A stretch of 64,000 bases of DNA from Macrostomum hystrix (taxonomy: Eukaryota; Animalia; Platyhelminthes), in assembly GCA_950097015.1 (NCBI GenBank), contig CATNEN010000007.1, positions 12,834,001-12,898,000 of the forward strand. The letters are read 5' to 3'. Positions within the stretch are counted from its first letter, which is position 1. Every line of letters begins with the position of its first letter. The position numbers and the translations under genes are program-made. Under the pieces are notes generated by a model. It was not told the DNA's origin, searched no databases, and worked only from the letters and a program-made list of their open reading frames with translations. Below, in pieces: positions 9,763 to 22,429 of this stretch.

Positions 9763-11611
9763 TTAAATGCTGATAGTCTTGAAGATATTCAGGCCGTCCA
9801 GAGCGGTGCTGAGCACCAGGCCGGGCAGCTGCGGGTGCCAGTGGCCCTCCTTCATCTCCTGCTGACCCATGTGGATGAACAGCAGCTGTGGTGGCAGGCC
9901 GCCTGTTGAAGGGCCCTCGCAGGCTAGGTCCCACAGAGTCAGCTGGTTGTCCTCGGAGGTGGCGAGGAACACGGAGCTGTCTGTCGGGTGCCACTGCACG
10001 GAGGTGACCGGACCTTTGTGATAGCTGCGGCGGTTGGTGGCGGCAAATGATTAATCAACCAACCAAATCACTCAGCCTGAGGGACTGGGGTGGCTGCCCA
10101 ATCAGCCTGAGGGACTGGGGTGGCTGCTTAATCAGCCTGAGGGACTGGGGTGGCTGCCTAATCAGCCTGAGGGACTGGGGTGGCTGCCCAATCAGCCTGA
10201 GGGACTGGGGTGGCTGCCTAATCAGCCTGAGGGACTGGGGTGGCTGCCCAATCAGCCTGAGGGACTGGGGTGGCTGCCTAATCAGCCTGAGGGACTGGGG
10301 TGGCTGCCCAATCAGCCTGAGGGACTGGGGTGGCTGCCCAATCAGCCTGAGGGACTGGGGTGGCTGCCCAATCAGCCTGAGGGACTGGGGTGGCTGCCCA
10401 ATCAGCCTGAGGGACTGGGGTGGCTGCCCAATCAGCCTGAGGGACTGGGGTGGCTGCCCAATCAGCCTGAGGGACTGGGGTGGGTGCGGAACCAACCTGA
10501 GCTCGCAGGCGGGCGCGCCCCCGCTGGCGAAGCGGCGAAGGTCCCAGACGCGCAGGGCGCAGTCGTCGCCGCCGCTGACGAGGTACTGAGACTCCAAGCG
10601 GTTCCAGGCGATGACGTTGACATCGGATGCGTGGCAGTCCGGCCGCGCAAGCATGCAGGCCCGCTCCGGTCGGGCACGCACGTCGAACACTCGGAGGCTG
10701 CGGTCCACAGAGCAGCCAGCCAGCACGCTGGCCTCGGTGGGCGACCACTGCAGGTCCTCCACGGAGGCTGTGTGACCCGTCAGCGGCCGCTGGTCCACCC
10801 GCCAGCCGACGCCGCCTTCGGCCGGGTGCCAGATATGAACGGCGCCGGCGCAGTCACCGGTGGCCAGGCGGCCGGGCACGAGGCGGCTCCAGTCGAGGCT
10901 GAAGCCCTCGGAGGCGTGGCCGCGGAAGGCGAACAGCGGCGCAGGCGAATCGGGCCGCCGTACGAACTCCGTCAGCAGGTGGTGGTCGGTAACAGCCGCC
11001 AGGGCGTCGGTCAGGTCGAAGATGTAGACAACGCCGGCCTCCGACCAGGTGGCCGCAAGGGGTCGCCCGGTGACGTCTGAGGCTCGAATCCGGTTAACTG
11101 TCCGGTTGTGGCGGATCTGCGCCACCGACACATCGCCGCGTCGATCAACAGCTTCTTCGTCATCGTCCGAGTCGTCTGAGTCGGAGTCTGAGTCGGCATC
11201 GCCGCCACCCGGCTGGCGGCGTCGCATCGGGAAGAGGCCCCCGGCCCGCATGACGCAGACGGCGTTGCTGCCGGCCTCGGGCGCCTGCGTGCCGCATACC
11301 AGGAAGCAGCTCAAGGACTGCTCAGCGTTGTCGAAGTCAAAGGCGGCGCCGGCCGCAGCGTTTGCCGGATCGGACAACACGTCAATGCTAAGGCAGGGTG
11401 ATTCCACGCTCATCTGATAATACATCTTGTAAGCTGACCTGTCCATGACCAGCTCCTCGTCTGGGCCGGGCTGCGGGTCGCCGCTGTTCGGAAGGTATGG
11501 CCGAGGCGGCTCCGCGGCTTTGGCGGTAGCCTCCCCTTCCTCCTCTTGCATTTCTTCATCTTCGCTGCCGTCTCCTTCTGACCTCTGCTCCGCCCCCTCC
11601 TCGGTGGTCAT
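9763..11611 (-). CDS. GRWD1: Glutamate-rich WD repeat protein 1 (Rrb1 ortholog); exons 11611-10497 and 10024-9763
   Basis: Acidic N-terminus, ELVMDRSAYKMY, PCLSIDV, GHASEGFSLDWS, GHTASVEDLQWSPTE, DVNVIAWN, and C-terminal LPPQLLFIHMGQ..MKE.HWHPQLPG...N.FKTISI. Removing the GT-AG intron 10025-10496 joins ...CELS-YHKGPVTSVQWHP in frame. Confidence 0.95.
10069..10483. repeat. 30-bp minisatellite filling the GRWD1 intron
   Basis: Unit ATCAGCCTGAGGGACTGGGGTGGCTGCCCA, ~14 copies. Confidence 0.95.
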
Positions 11612-12519
11612 TAGCTGAAATAGTCAGGGAATCAGGTGGTCAGGGTAGGCTCAGGTGGTCAAGGTAGGCTCAGGGTACGTTCAGGTGGTCAAGGCTCACG
11701 TGGTCAGGGGAGGTTCAGGTGGTCAGGGGCACCCCAGGTAGTCAGGGCAGACTCAGGTGGTTAGTCACATGTGGTTAAGCAGGTGACTAAAAATAGAAAA
11801 CAGCCTGAGGACAGGGGTGCTGCACAGTGAATATCAAACATAACAAATAATCCTTTATTAAAGATAATTTGCCATCCAATTAAACTCGGTAACACGGTAT
11901 CTGAGCAGGCAGTTACAGCTGAGCTGTGTTAGTTTGCCGCTGGGCCATATCTCAGTACAAAATCTATAAATACATAAACAATATAAAAGTGCAGCACAGC
12001 AAGACTTGAATTTGAAATTGATTAAAACAAAGACATACAAATAGTGTAAAAGTGAGGAAAATGTCGATTCCGCTGAACTTTTAAAAGTACAGGAAAATAG
12101 GACGTTTCCAATACGAGTATCTTACAAAAAGGACGGAACCTTGATCTTGGAATGTAATTTGATCAGGTACAAAATGGAGGGCTAGGCAGAGATAGTGCTC
12201 AATTATGGTTACAGTGATGATGAGACTTAGCGGGTTACGAATTTAGATTGCTTGGCAGTTCGCAGTGTTGCAATGCCTGCATGGGTGTATCAGGGGACAC
12301 CCACAAAGTCTTGGAGATTTCATTGGAAAGCCATTGAAGCCACAAACTGAAGCACCAAGTGAGGGGTATCAGTGAAACGCGTGATTGGCTGGAGTGTACA
12401 CGGGATGAAGGGTGAAAACTGGCTGTAACAGGCGATACATTGCGGTACGGTAAAAACTTAAATAGCAACTTAAAATCGGAAATAAATACTGGGCCGTTAA
12501 GGACTGTGCTTTAGGGACG

Positions 12520-12900
12520 GTAACAGAGGCTGTAATAGGCACAGTAAAACAGGCTGTAATAGGGACTGTAAAACAGGCTACAATAGGGACTGTAAAACAG
12601 GCTGTAATAGGGACTGTAAAACAGGCTGTAACAGGGACTGTAAAACAGGCTGTAATAGGGACTGTAAAACAGGCAGTAATAGGCACAGTAAAACAGGCTG
12701 TAATAGGCACAGTAAAACTGGCTGTAATAGGCACAGTAAAACAGGCTGTAATAGGGACTGTAAAACAGGCTGTAATAGGCACAGTAAAACAGGCTGTAAT
12801 AGGGACTGTAAAACAGGCTGTAACAGGGACTGTAAAACAGGCTGTAATAGGGACTGTAAAACAGGCTGTAATAGGCACTGTAAGACAGGCTGTATCAAAG
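12520..12900. repeat. 24-bp minisatellite
   Basis: Unit AAACAGGCTGTAATAGGGACTGTA, ~15 copies. Confidence 0.95.
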
Positions 12901-13062
12901 ACAGTAAGAGGCTGTATCAGAATATCTACTCTGCTACTCTTGATTGTCCTTCAAGGGCACCTACCCGGGGGCAGAGCTCTCTGAACCGATAAAAAACGAG
13001 TTCGATGTAAGTTCGAGGCTGAAATTGACAGGCAGCTGTCACGCAGGCAGACGCAATACTGA

Positions 13063-14053
13063 TCACTTCTCAGAGGCGACCTCCTCATAGGGCGGCGGCA
13101 GAGGCTGCAATGGGCAGCCCGCGGCCTCATAGGGCGGCGGCTCAGGCTCCGCTGAGGCTCCCAGGACGGCCGCCGGGTTGTCGTCGACTTCAACGCCGTC
13201 GCTGCAGTGTTGCGCAGCCAGGAGGCGCCGGTAGAAGCCGAGAAGGCAGGCGAGCTGGGCCGTGGACAGCAGCAGTGCTAGGCATTCAACGACCGTCTTG
13301 GCAACGCCAATGTAGAATACAGCAAGGTAGGCCTGTGGGACAGAATGGAAAAAACTGGTTGCTGTCATGATAAATACCTGTTGCTGTCACGATAAATACC
13401 GGTGTTGCTGTCATGATAAATACCGGTTGCTGTCATGATAAATACCTGTTGCTGTCATGCTAAGTACCTGTGGCTGTCATGATAAATACCGGTTGATGTC
13501 ATTATAAATACCTGTTGCTGTCATGATAAATACATGTTGCCGTTGTGAAAAATACCGGTAGCTGTCATGATAAATACAGGTTGCTGTCAAGATAAATACC
13601 TGTTGATGTCATGATAAAACCGGTGTTGCTGTCGTGATAAAAAATGTTAGCGCCTCCCATCACCTGTTCGCGCATCCGCATCCGGGTCTGATCGTACAGG
13701 CGCCGGTTCTTGGCCAGGGTGGCCGCCTCAACGGTGGCGGCAGCAGCAGCCAGCAGGACAGCCCCCGCTGCCGCCAGTCCGCCGGCCAGGCAGCGCCGTC
13801 GCAGGTTGCGGCGGGCGGTGGCGGCGGAAATGGCGAGGCCACCGGACAGCAGCAGGACTGCGCCGCACCAGAAGCCAGTGCCGCGGACGGCGTAGTCGGA
13901 GCGCATGACGGTGGCGAGGACCTCCAGCAGCACCAGCGAGCAGCCGCAGAGCACCGCCAGGGTGCCGAAGTTCTTGTGCGCGCTGCGCTGCTTGGCCAAG
14001 AACTGCGGCTCCTGCGGCATTGAAGCAGTGGCGCGGGCAGTGAAGTTAGACAT
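13063..14053 (-). CDS. CD20/MS4A-like four-TM protein; exons 14053-13664 and 13332-13063
   Basis: TM1-3 with GTGFWCG in exon 1; phase-0 intron CAG|GTGATG...TCCCACAG|GCC filled by a 22-bp repeat; TM4 and two PPPY motifs in exon 2. Confidence 0.8.
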
Positions 14054-14069
14054 CTGTCTGACCTTCAGT

Positions 14070-14390
14070 CTGACTGCCTGACCTGTGACACTGCCTGACC
14101 TACTGTGAAACTGCCTGACCTACTGTGACACTGCCTGACCTACTGTGACACTGCCTGACCTACTGTGACACTGCCTGACCTACTGTGACACTGCCTGACC
14201 TACTGTGAAACTGCCTGACCTACTGTGAAACTACCTGACCTACTGTGACACTGCCTGACCTACTGTGACACTGCCTGACCTACTGTGAGACTACCTACCT
14301 CACTGGGGTGAGACTGCCTAACTCACTGGGGTGAGACTGCCTGACCTCACTGGGGTGAGACTACCTACCTCACTGGGGTGAGACTGCCCC
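14070..14390. repeat. 20-bp and ~24-bp minisatellites immediately 5' of the 14053 ATG
   Basis: CTGCCTGACCTACTGTGACA array followed by a CTCACTGGGGTGAGACT array. Confidence 0.9.
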
Positions 14391-15049
14391 ACCCCACTAT
14401 GGTACAAGATCAACACCACTGAAGCCATCAGGTTTTTAGGTAGTGAACTCTGCTGGTATCGACAGAATCATTGAAGCATACTGGCTCACTTCCGGCTTCA
14501 AACAGTCAGTGAAGTCAGTGAAATCAAAGCAGTGTCTAGCTGATAGTTTTATTATTGCAGAAAACTGTTGCTTTCATGAGATACAAACAAAACAAATGTA
14601 ACAAATGTACGATTACTTCAGCTGAACTTTTTTGGTTACTGATGACGGGCTCAGCTTCATCCACTTGATCGTTATTAGATGGGTTACAACATTAAGGATA
14701 AAAATTGGTTATGGCTAATCTCAGCGGCTGAGCAGTTAAGCACAGGCGATTGAGTAAACACAGGCAAAAATACCTGCTTACTAAAAGAATTGATAAAAAT
14801 CTTGGCAAAATTAACTAGGGCGCACCGGACCCAGTGACTGGGTGAGCACTTGGAGCTGCAAGAGCAAAAAATATTAAGCGAGGACTTAAATGCGGGCTAC
14901 AGTGAAAGCAGCTGCTGTGATGCTAGCGAGTAGCAAAATAATGCACATCCAAGCTGTCTAGCACCAATAGCGGCAAGGGTAAATATGAGAAATTAAAACT
15001 GAAAATACCAACTAAACCATCTGCTTCGCACATTCAGGCTAGCTGCAAG

Positions 15050-15235
15050 TTAGCTGTGTAGCCTAGTGGTTTCTGTCGGACTCATTCTAACCCCTTGAAG
15101 GTCGGGGGTTCGATTGCCGACCTTACTGGAACATGTGTCCTTTAGCAAGCATTAGATGATGTAATTTAGGTGTGTGGCGTCCCGCCTGTCAATGGACTGA
15201 ATAGCCAGCCGTACGCAGCCCTCAGATTATTATTT
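15050..15235 (+). mobile_element. tRNA-derived SINE family B, degenerate copy
   Basis: A-box TAGCCTAGTGG, B-box GGTTCGATTGCC, (ATT)n end; shares CTTGAAGGTCGGGGGTTCGATT with the minus-strand copy near 61950. Confidence 0.6.
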
Positions 15236-15300
15236 TCATTACTGGTTAGTTACACCAATCAGCCAATCGGAAATCAGTTAATAAGCCAATCAGTCACCAG

Positions 15301-16094
15301 TCACTTTTGTCCAGCAGGTCCAGCACTCCCGAATTCAGATTCGCACGCAGGGGGCGCACTGGGTTGCTGATACGGATTTCGCGGAGGCTGGGCGGCAAGG
15401 AGAACAGTCTGCTTATACGGATAGCCGAGTAGCTGGCCACGGAAGAGCGGCGGTGAGCCAGTCAGGAGCATTTGCTGCTGCTGCTGCTCATTGAACCCAG
15501 CAGATGCGTCGGGCACATAGCAGCAGGAGGCGCGGCAGGCGAAGGCGGAGTGTACGATGGCCAGCACGAACTCGATGGCACAGAGCAGCGAGCAGGCGAC
15601 GCCGAATCCGAAGACAGCGATGAAGGTGTTCTTCTGCGCTGGTGGCGACTGCGGGTTCATTTAGGAAAACTCCTGGAAAACGTAGGTGTTAAAAGCCACA
15701 GCAGTGGCCTCGCTGAGAAGGCTGAGAAGGCGAAGATCGAGGCAAGGACTGACAGCACCAGGTAGGTGATCACGCAGTCCAGGGTGCAGCAGCATGCGGG
15801 CCGGCCCGCCAGCAGGCCGGAAATGCCGGCGGCGATAAACAACGGGCCGGACAAGACACCACCACCAACAAGCAGGAATTTCCACATGATAAAACTCCTT
15901 TCACTTGAGACAACCAGCACCGTGCCACTGCCGGCGGCAAGCGTAACAACACTGACGGCGATGACCAGCACTCCGATCAGCAGCTGAAGGAGGCCCATGA
16001 TGCGGTGTCCACGAAGCACCCAGGCCGGGACATGGCTCGCGTAGCTCCCGAGAGATGCCGCCAGGATCTGCGGCGGCGGCCGTCTCTGTAGCTG
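15301..16094 (-). pseudogene. CD20/MS4A-like pseudogene, close paralog of 17478-18509
   Basis: Family motifs present, but a frameshift near 15715 (at a GCCTTCTCA duplication) and an in-frame TAA at 15661-15663. Confidence 0.8.
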
Positions 16095-17477
16095 CTGCAA
16101 GGGGTCAGTGCACACGTACCTCGTACTGGGTTAATTGAGATATTGTGAGCATGTGAATCCGCCCTGAGTTCCTGCAGACATTGTGAGCATTCAATTGCAC
16201 CCTGAGTTCCTGCAGACATTGTGAGCATGCAATCAGACCATTATTTCCTGCAGACATTGTGAGCATGCAATCAGACCATTATTTCCTGCAGACATTGTAA
16301 GCCTTTAATTCTGTTCTTGATTTCAATTAAGTAAATGAGAAAATGTGAGTATCTCAGCTGGAGCATTCCAGCAATGTTTTAGTGTATTTGTAGGGCTGTT
16401 GTTCTATGAAAATAGCGGCTGAACAGTAAATGTTTGCACAGGTAAAGTCACAGCCTGTCTGGAGTAACAAGCAGAGCAAAGACCGGAATAAGAAATGGAG
16501 ATTAGGCAGGTGGGTTGACTGAAAATATTATAGAGTAGGATGCGGTGCGCGATATCTGCCACACAGGGGCGTCTGAGATAGCTCGCAAAACAAATAAATA
16601 CTTGCTTAAAGCTGGGATGAGGGTGCAGTCGATAGGAAACAAAATCAGTACATTGGTAAACACTTTAGCAGTCTGCAGAATTAAATATCCTATTTATAGA
16701 GAAGGTGATTCATGTCAACAGTAGAACTACCAAGCCATCTTGCCTCCCGTTTTTATACAAAGGGGAGACTAGGCGAGGGTGTCCTGTGGTTGAGCTGCTA
16801 TTTAGGCTTGGTCAGTGAAATTTGTGAAATTCGCGTCTGGGTGTCCGCAGTGGCCAAGTTCCACCTGTTGTAGCCCTTGAAGATCCAGCAGTCCGTCTAG
16901 ATAGGTGTCACCGAACACGGAGATGATGAAGTCACATTCGGGTGACATGCTGATCAATTTTAAAGGCTTGGCGAGGCCGCACTGAGGCGCAGTGCTAATT
17001 CATGTATAGTGGTGTATGAAATACACAAGTGCATATGGGAAAAATCCGACCTTCGGACAGAACCATTGAATATCTCGACGGTCTGAATAGCTGCGACTTG
17101 ATTATTGTTTCAGAAGATGCGCAACAAAAATTAGGCCCAAGTTCTTGAGTTTCATGTGCTTGCTTTGCTCAGTTCAGGTGCAGCACAAAAAAACAGGTGG
17201 AAAAATTGGGGGAATTCCCCCTTGGTAGTTCTACTGTTAAAATGTGAGAATTGCAAGCCGGGCAAATACTTACAGATAGAGATAGAACAGGTAAAAATTT
17301 CTGTACGCAGGTATGTTCAGCTTCTTGTCATAAGACTCAGCCCTCTCTCTTGTCACTCTTGTCATATGACAAGAAGCTGAAAACAGTTGTAAAATATCAG
17401 TCAGCCGACAGTTTCCACCCATAGTGAGTGTCTCGCGTTCAGTCCGTTTTGGCAATTCCCGGATAGCGGGCGGCCCG

Positions 17478-18509
17478 TCAAAACTTCCGAATGGCACCGG
17501 CTCCGCCATGCAGGGAGGACTCGTAAGACGGTGGCAAATCTCCTGAACTTGTTCCGGCCTGAGGATCCGGGTATCCGGCCTGAGGACCCGGGTATCCGGC
17601 CTGAGGACCCGGGTATCCGGCCTGAGGACACGGGTATCCGGCCTGAGGACCCGGATAACCAGCCTGAGCACCCGGATAACCAGCCTGAGCACCCGGGTAT
17701 CCAACCTGAGCACCCGGATAACCAGCCTGGGACACAGGATATCCGGGTGGCGGCGGGTGTCCGGGCAGGGCCGTGAAGAAGGTGACTTGCTGGCCGGGAT
17801 AGGCCACCAGCTGGCCAGTGTAGGGCCCGGGCTGGCCGGCCAGGAACACCTGATGATGCTGTTGCTGGTGCTGGTAGCTGGTAGCAGCCGATGGCACGCA
17901 GCAGCAGGAGGCGCGGCAGGCATAGGCGGAGTGCACGATGGCCAACACGGACTCGAAGGCTAGGAGCAGCACGCAGACGATGCCGGTGCCATAGACGGCG
18001 CCGTAGGCGGCCTCGTTTTGCTTGCGAGAGTCGCTGTTGGAATCCTCAAACACTTGGCGATTTATGGAGGCCAAGATGGCCTCAGTGATCATGGCCGAGA
18101 AGGCGATTGTGGAGGAGAAGATGGAGAACACCAGACAGGTGACCACGCAGCCCAGGGTGCAGCCGCCACGCGGGCGGCCTGCCATGAGGCCGGCGATGCC
18201 GGCAGCAATAAAGAACGGACCGGACCAGAGGCCGCCACCGGCCTGGCTGAATTGTCGATAGACGGAGTAAGAGTAAGAGTACCTGATGTACATAGTCTTG
18301 CCGGAGCCAGCGGCCAGGCCGACAATGTTGATGACGATGACCAGCACTCCGATCAGCAGCTGCATGATGCCCATGATGCGGTGGCCGCGCAGCACCCAGG
18401 CCGGAACGCGGCTCGCGTAGCTCCCAGGAGCCGCTGTCGGGGTCGACGTCACTGCCACCACATGTGGTGTGGAAGTCACCACCTGGCTTGGCTGTACCTG
18501 TGGCTGCTG
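17478..18509 (-). CDS. CD20/MS4A-like four-TM protein with a (QAGYPG[AP])n tail; no in-frame ATG before TM1
   Basis: All family motifs; 21-bp coding repeat at ~17560-17735; LPPSY motif. In-frame TAA lies just upstream; acceptor TTTTATCTTGCAG|CAG is in phase 0. Confidence 0.9.
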   Translation of the reverse strand, partial: QQPQVQPSQVVTSTPHVVAVTSTPTAAPGSYASRVPAWVLRGHRIMGIMQLLIGVLVIVINIVGLAAGSGKTMYIRYSYSYSVYRQFSQAGGGLWSGPFFIAAGIAGLMAGRPRGGCTLGCVVTCLVFSIFSSTIAFSAMITEAILASINRQVFEDSNSDSRKQNEAAYGAVYGTGIVCVLLLAFESVLAIVHSAYACRASCCCVPSAATSYQHQQQHHQVFLAGQPGPYTGQLVAYPGQQVTFFTALPGHPPPPGYPVSQAGYPGAQVGYPGAQAGYPGAQAGYPGPQAGYPCPQAGYPGPQAGYPGPQAGYPDPQAGTSSGDLPPSYESSLHGGAGAIRKF

Positions 18510-18569
18510 CTGCAAGATAAAAGCAATTTACCTTGACTGCTAAAGAACCATGGAGTGGGTGGGTGCGAG

Positions 18570-19500
18570 TGTTGGGTAGCAGGCTGCTGTGGGTGAATGT
18601 GTGTTGGGTAGCAGGCTGCTGTGGGTGAATGTGTGTTGGGTAGCAGGCTGCTGTGGGTCAATGTGTGTTGGGTAGCAGGCTGCTGTGGGTGAATGTGTGT
18701 TGGGTAGCAGGCTGCTGTGGGTGAATGTGTGTTGGGTAGCAGGCTGCTGTGGGTGAATGTGTGCTGGGTAGCAGGCTGCTGAGGGTGAATGTGTGTTGGG
18801 TAGCAGGCTGTGTAGGTGAATGTGTGCTGGGTAGCAGGCTGGGTGGGTGAATGTGTGGTGGGTAGCAGGCTGCTGTGGGTGAATGTGTGCTGGGTAGCAG
18901 GCTGTGTGGGTGAATGTGTGGTGGGTAGCAAGCTGCTGTGGGTGAATGTGTGCTGGGTAGCAGGCTGCTGTGGGTGAATGTGTGTTGGGTAGCAGGCTGG
19001 AGTGGGTGAATGTGTGCTGGGTAGCAGGCTGGAGTGGGTGAATGTGTGTTGGGTAGCAGGCTGTGTGGGTGAATGTGTGTTGGGTAGCAGGCTGTGTAGG
19101 TGAATGTGTGCTGGGTAGCAGGCTGTGTGGGTGAATGTGTGCTGGGTAGCAGGCTGTGTGGGTGAATGTGTGCTGGGTAGCAGGCTGTGTGGGTGAATGT
19201 GTGCTGGGTAGCAGGCTGTGTGGGTGAATGTGTGCTGGGTAGCAGGCTGGGTGGGTGAATGTGTGTTGGGTAGCAGGCTGGGTGGGTGAATGTGTGTTGG
19301 GTAGCAGGCTGGGTGGGTGAATGTGTGCTGGGTAGCAGGCTGTGTGGGTGAATGTGTGTTGGGTAGTAGGCTGGAGTGGGTGAATGTATGTTGGGTAGCA
19401 GGCTGGGTGGGTGAATGTGTGTTGTGTAGCAGGCTGTGTGGGTGAATGTGTGTTGGGTAGCAGGCTGGGTGGGTGAATGTGTGTTGGGTAGCAGGCTGGT
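18570..19500. repeat. 31/32-bp minisatellite
   Basis: Unit TGGGTAGCAGGCTG(C)TGTGGGTGAATGTGTGY, ~29 copies. Confidence 0.95.
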
Positions 19501-21465
19501 ACTCATTTTACAGAATTGTTTAACCTATAATATAGCTAGGAGATACATAATTACAGCAACTAGAGGAAAAATTTTAAGTTTTCAGTAGTCTTGCTGAAGA
19601 GCAGAGCTACTCTAGGGTGAGATTTAAACTTAAGACCTCTTGAGTAAGAGTCAAAAACTTTAACCATTTTCCTTTTGTTAATATGAAAGTACTTAACAAG
19701 CAGAAAATAGGCCTAAGAGAAACTTAGCATAGTAAAGTTTATTTTATTTTTACAAAAATATGTACTCATGCATTTAATATTTGGTGGACAGTAGCCAGCT
19801 TAAATGGTAAACAAACACAAGCCTAAGAGAAGAGCAATAAATAAATGTTTAGAACAAAAAAATAAAAGGAAAAAAGTCATTAAATACAAAAATTGCAATG
19901 ACTAGAATACAATGAAGGCATTGTATTTTGATTTGCTATTTAGCCTATATATAGGCCGAAGGCAATAAAATAAAAAATTGAAAACTGTCAGAAGAGGATG
20001 ATAATAAATAATATGCTTTTTTACATAATCAATCCAGCATGAGAAAAAGGATAATTAATAATATTGATGATGGCTTATAATATTTAAGGTAAGCCAAATG
20101 TTTAAATAAAGGGTAGAATATTATGACAATCATGAGGAGATAGCTAGCAATGAAACAAAGGCATATTCAAGTAACTAAAGTAGAAAATAAGCATTAGTTA
20201 GGCATAATATTAAAAATAAGTATATACATTATAGCCATAGGCATATAACTATATAGTTTATAAAACCCATAACATTGTGACTGTCCATGGTGGCATGCCT
20301 TTCAATATATATAATTTGCTGGCTAAAATTTCTGAGATTTTGTTTTCAATTCCAATTTTTATTTGTCAATAGCAATAAATAGGGGTCTATGGTTGTCTTT
20401 GAAAGAAATAAGTCTATTGTGGTGGGGCCTATGTCAGTTTGTATAAATTTTTCAGAGTTGTAGCAGACAACAGTTGCGTTGCAGCGGTTTCTATTATAGG
20501 GATAATAGGGCTGTGCAAAAATATCTTAACTTGTATTTCTCACATCTTTTGTGGTATAGCCGTCGAGATGGGTTAACTATAGGTTGACCCTGGTTTACCA
20601 TAACCACCGAATTTTCTACCTTATTTGTTTCTTTGAGTTCGTACACTTTTTACTTCACATTGCGTGTCTAGCTCGAATAATGATATTTCACAATCAAAGT
20701 GGCTAATATTTATGAGCAATATTTGCTTGAAAAAAATTTTACAGTTGGTAATTAAGTTTTTTATAATTAATAATACGAAGACGATTATAGCACGTCGAGC
20801 AAAACTGATAAGAGAAACAAAGCGTAAAAAAGAAAAGTTTTGTAATTTCATGTTGTGCATTTGTTTACTTCCCTACGAAATATGATTTCGCAATTACTGC
20901 CTAAGTATAAAATACTTACTTATAACATATGTAACGTAGCTCGTTCAATACATAAAAGGGGTTAGAAAATGCTTTTCGAAGCGTCCAGTGTTACTGCGAA
21001 TGTACTACTCGTGGATTCCCAGAAAGAGTCGCACGCAGAGCTGCGAAAAATCGAAATTAGCTTAAACAGGTTATATGAAAGGCTTTAATTTAAGTTAGGC
21101 CCTATCTGTCTTAGTAGGAGCCCCTCATTAATTTATGACCCTCATTAAGTTACAAGGGGAGAAGTATTTCATGGTCAGAAATTATTTTTCTTGTTTAATT
21201 TTAATTTTAAATTTCAATGAACTTGATACTTTAAAATATGAAAATATTAATAGGCAAATACTTGGCTCATATTTAGCTAATGGCCTGTGCACCCTCATAT
21301 CTGCATAGCTGAAGGGTCTAGCTAAGTTAGTTAAATGAATATTTTGTAAACAAAGTATGCTCGAAGGCTCGAAAAACTCGAAGATCCGCCATGGCCACCA
21401 GCCTTAGAAGCTTTCAACAGCTTGAAATAACGAGACTATCAGTCACAACATTCTGAAAACGCAGC

Positions 21466-22350
21466 TCAGGCCTTCCCTGGCTGATAGAACTGAGCCTGCT
21501 GAAGAGGCTCGGCCTCTAGCTGCTGACCCGGGTAGGCGGGGGGCGCGGCGCCAGGAGCGGGCGAGAAGTAGGCCTGGATGGCCCGGTAGGAGCAAGCGGC
21601 CTGTGCCAGGGCGAGGATGAAAACTAGCCCATCGTGGGCACTGCTAACAATTCCCATAGGCAGAAAGAAAATTTCATAGTACTTGGACTCGCAGGGCAGG
21701 CTGGCGTTGACTGCCAGGCGGCTGGAGAGATGCTGGGCGGAGAAGGCCTCCTGGAGCATCGCACCCATCGACAGGGCGGCAGTCAGGGCGCCCATCACCA
21801 GGCTGGCACTCATGCTGCACTGGAGACGAGCGTTTGGGTGGAATGTCCGTGCATGAATGCAATCTATTTTTTTATCTGTAATCGGCTCCCCACGCAACAT
21901 AGTTATCACTATGACTGAACTATACAGTAGTTGGGTTCGTAACTTTATGAAACTAAATATATAAATATGAAGACCATATCAATATGCCCAGAGGTTGGGT
22001 CTCGCAATAGAACTAGCACGGTGAATGCCCCGGTTGCGCTATCGTCACAGGGCAACTGAATTACTCTTGCCTACTGCATGTCTGCCTGATAGAAGCCAGT
22101 CAACCATGACCCTGCTCACCTGTGTCCTGGTGCCCTTGCTGCCCGCCATCAAGCCCAGGTAGGCCAAAGCAAAGACGAGAGGAAACAGCAGGAAGTCAAC
22201 ACTAAAGCATGCCAGGGGGCCGCACAACACGGCGCTCACGAGGCTCAGGATCCCAAGCATCATCTGAAAGATGCCATTGAACATCAGCGTGAAGCCAAGG
22301 CCCCAGAGACCATGCGACACCGGCTTTGGCACTGACAGGCTGATCAGCAT
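21466..22350 (-). CDS. Divergent CD20/MS4A-like four-TM protein; exons 22350-22120 and 21819-21466
   Basis: Two TMs per exon joined by a phase-0 intron CAG|GTGAGC...CTCCAG|TGC; PPAY tail. Confidence 0.75.
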
Positions 22351-22429
22351 GGCGCTGCGGGTGGTGCTAAAGCTTGTATTTCACACCTGTACTCCCCACT
22401 CACTGCACGCACCCTCCAAACCTCAGTTC

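Noticed and set aside
16790-16950. 48-codon minus-strand ORF (MSPECDFIISVFGDTYLDG...)
   Set aside because: Short, with no recognisable family or splice support
16095-18531. Apparent 25-nt (16095-16119) and 22-nt (18510-18531) GT..AG micro-introns before two ATG-less genes
   Set aside because: Much shorter than the other introns here (86 nt or more), and I found no convincing upstream start that they would connect
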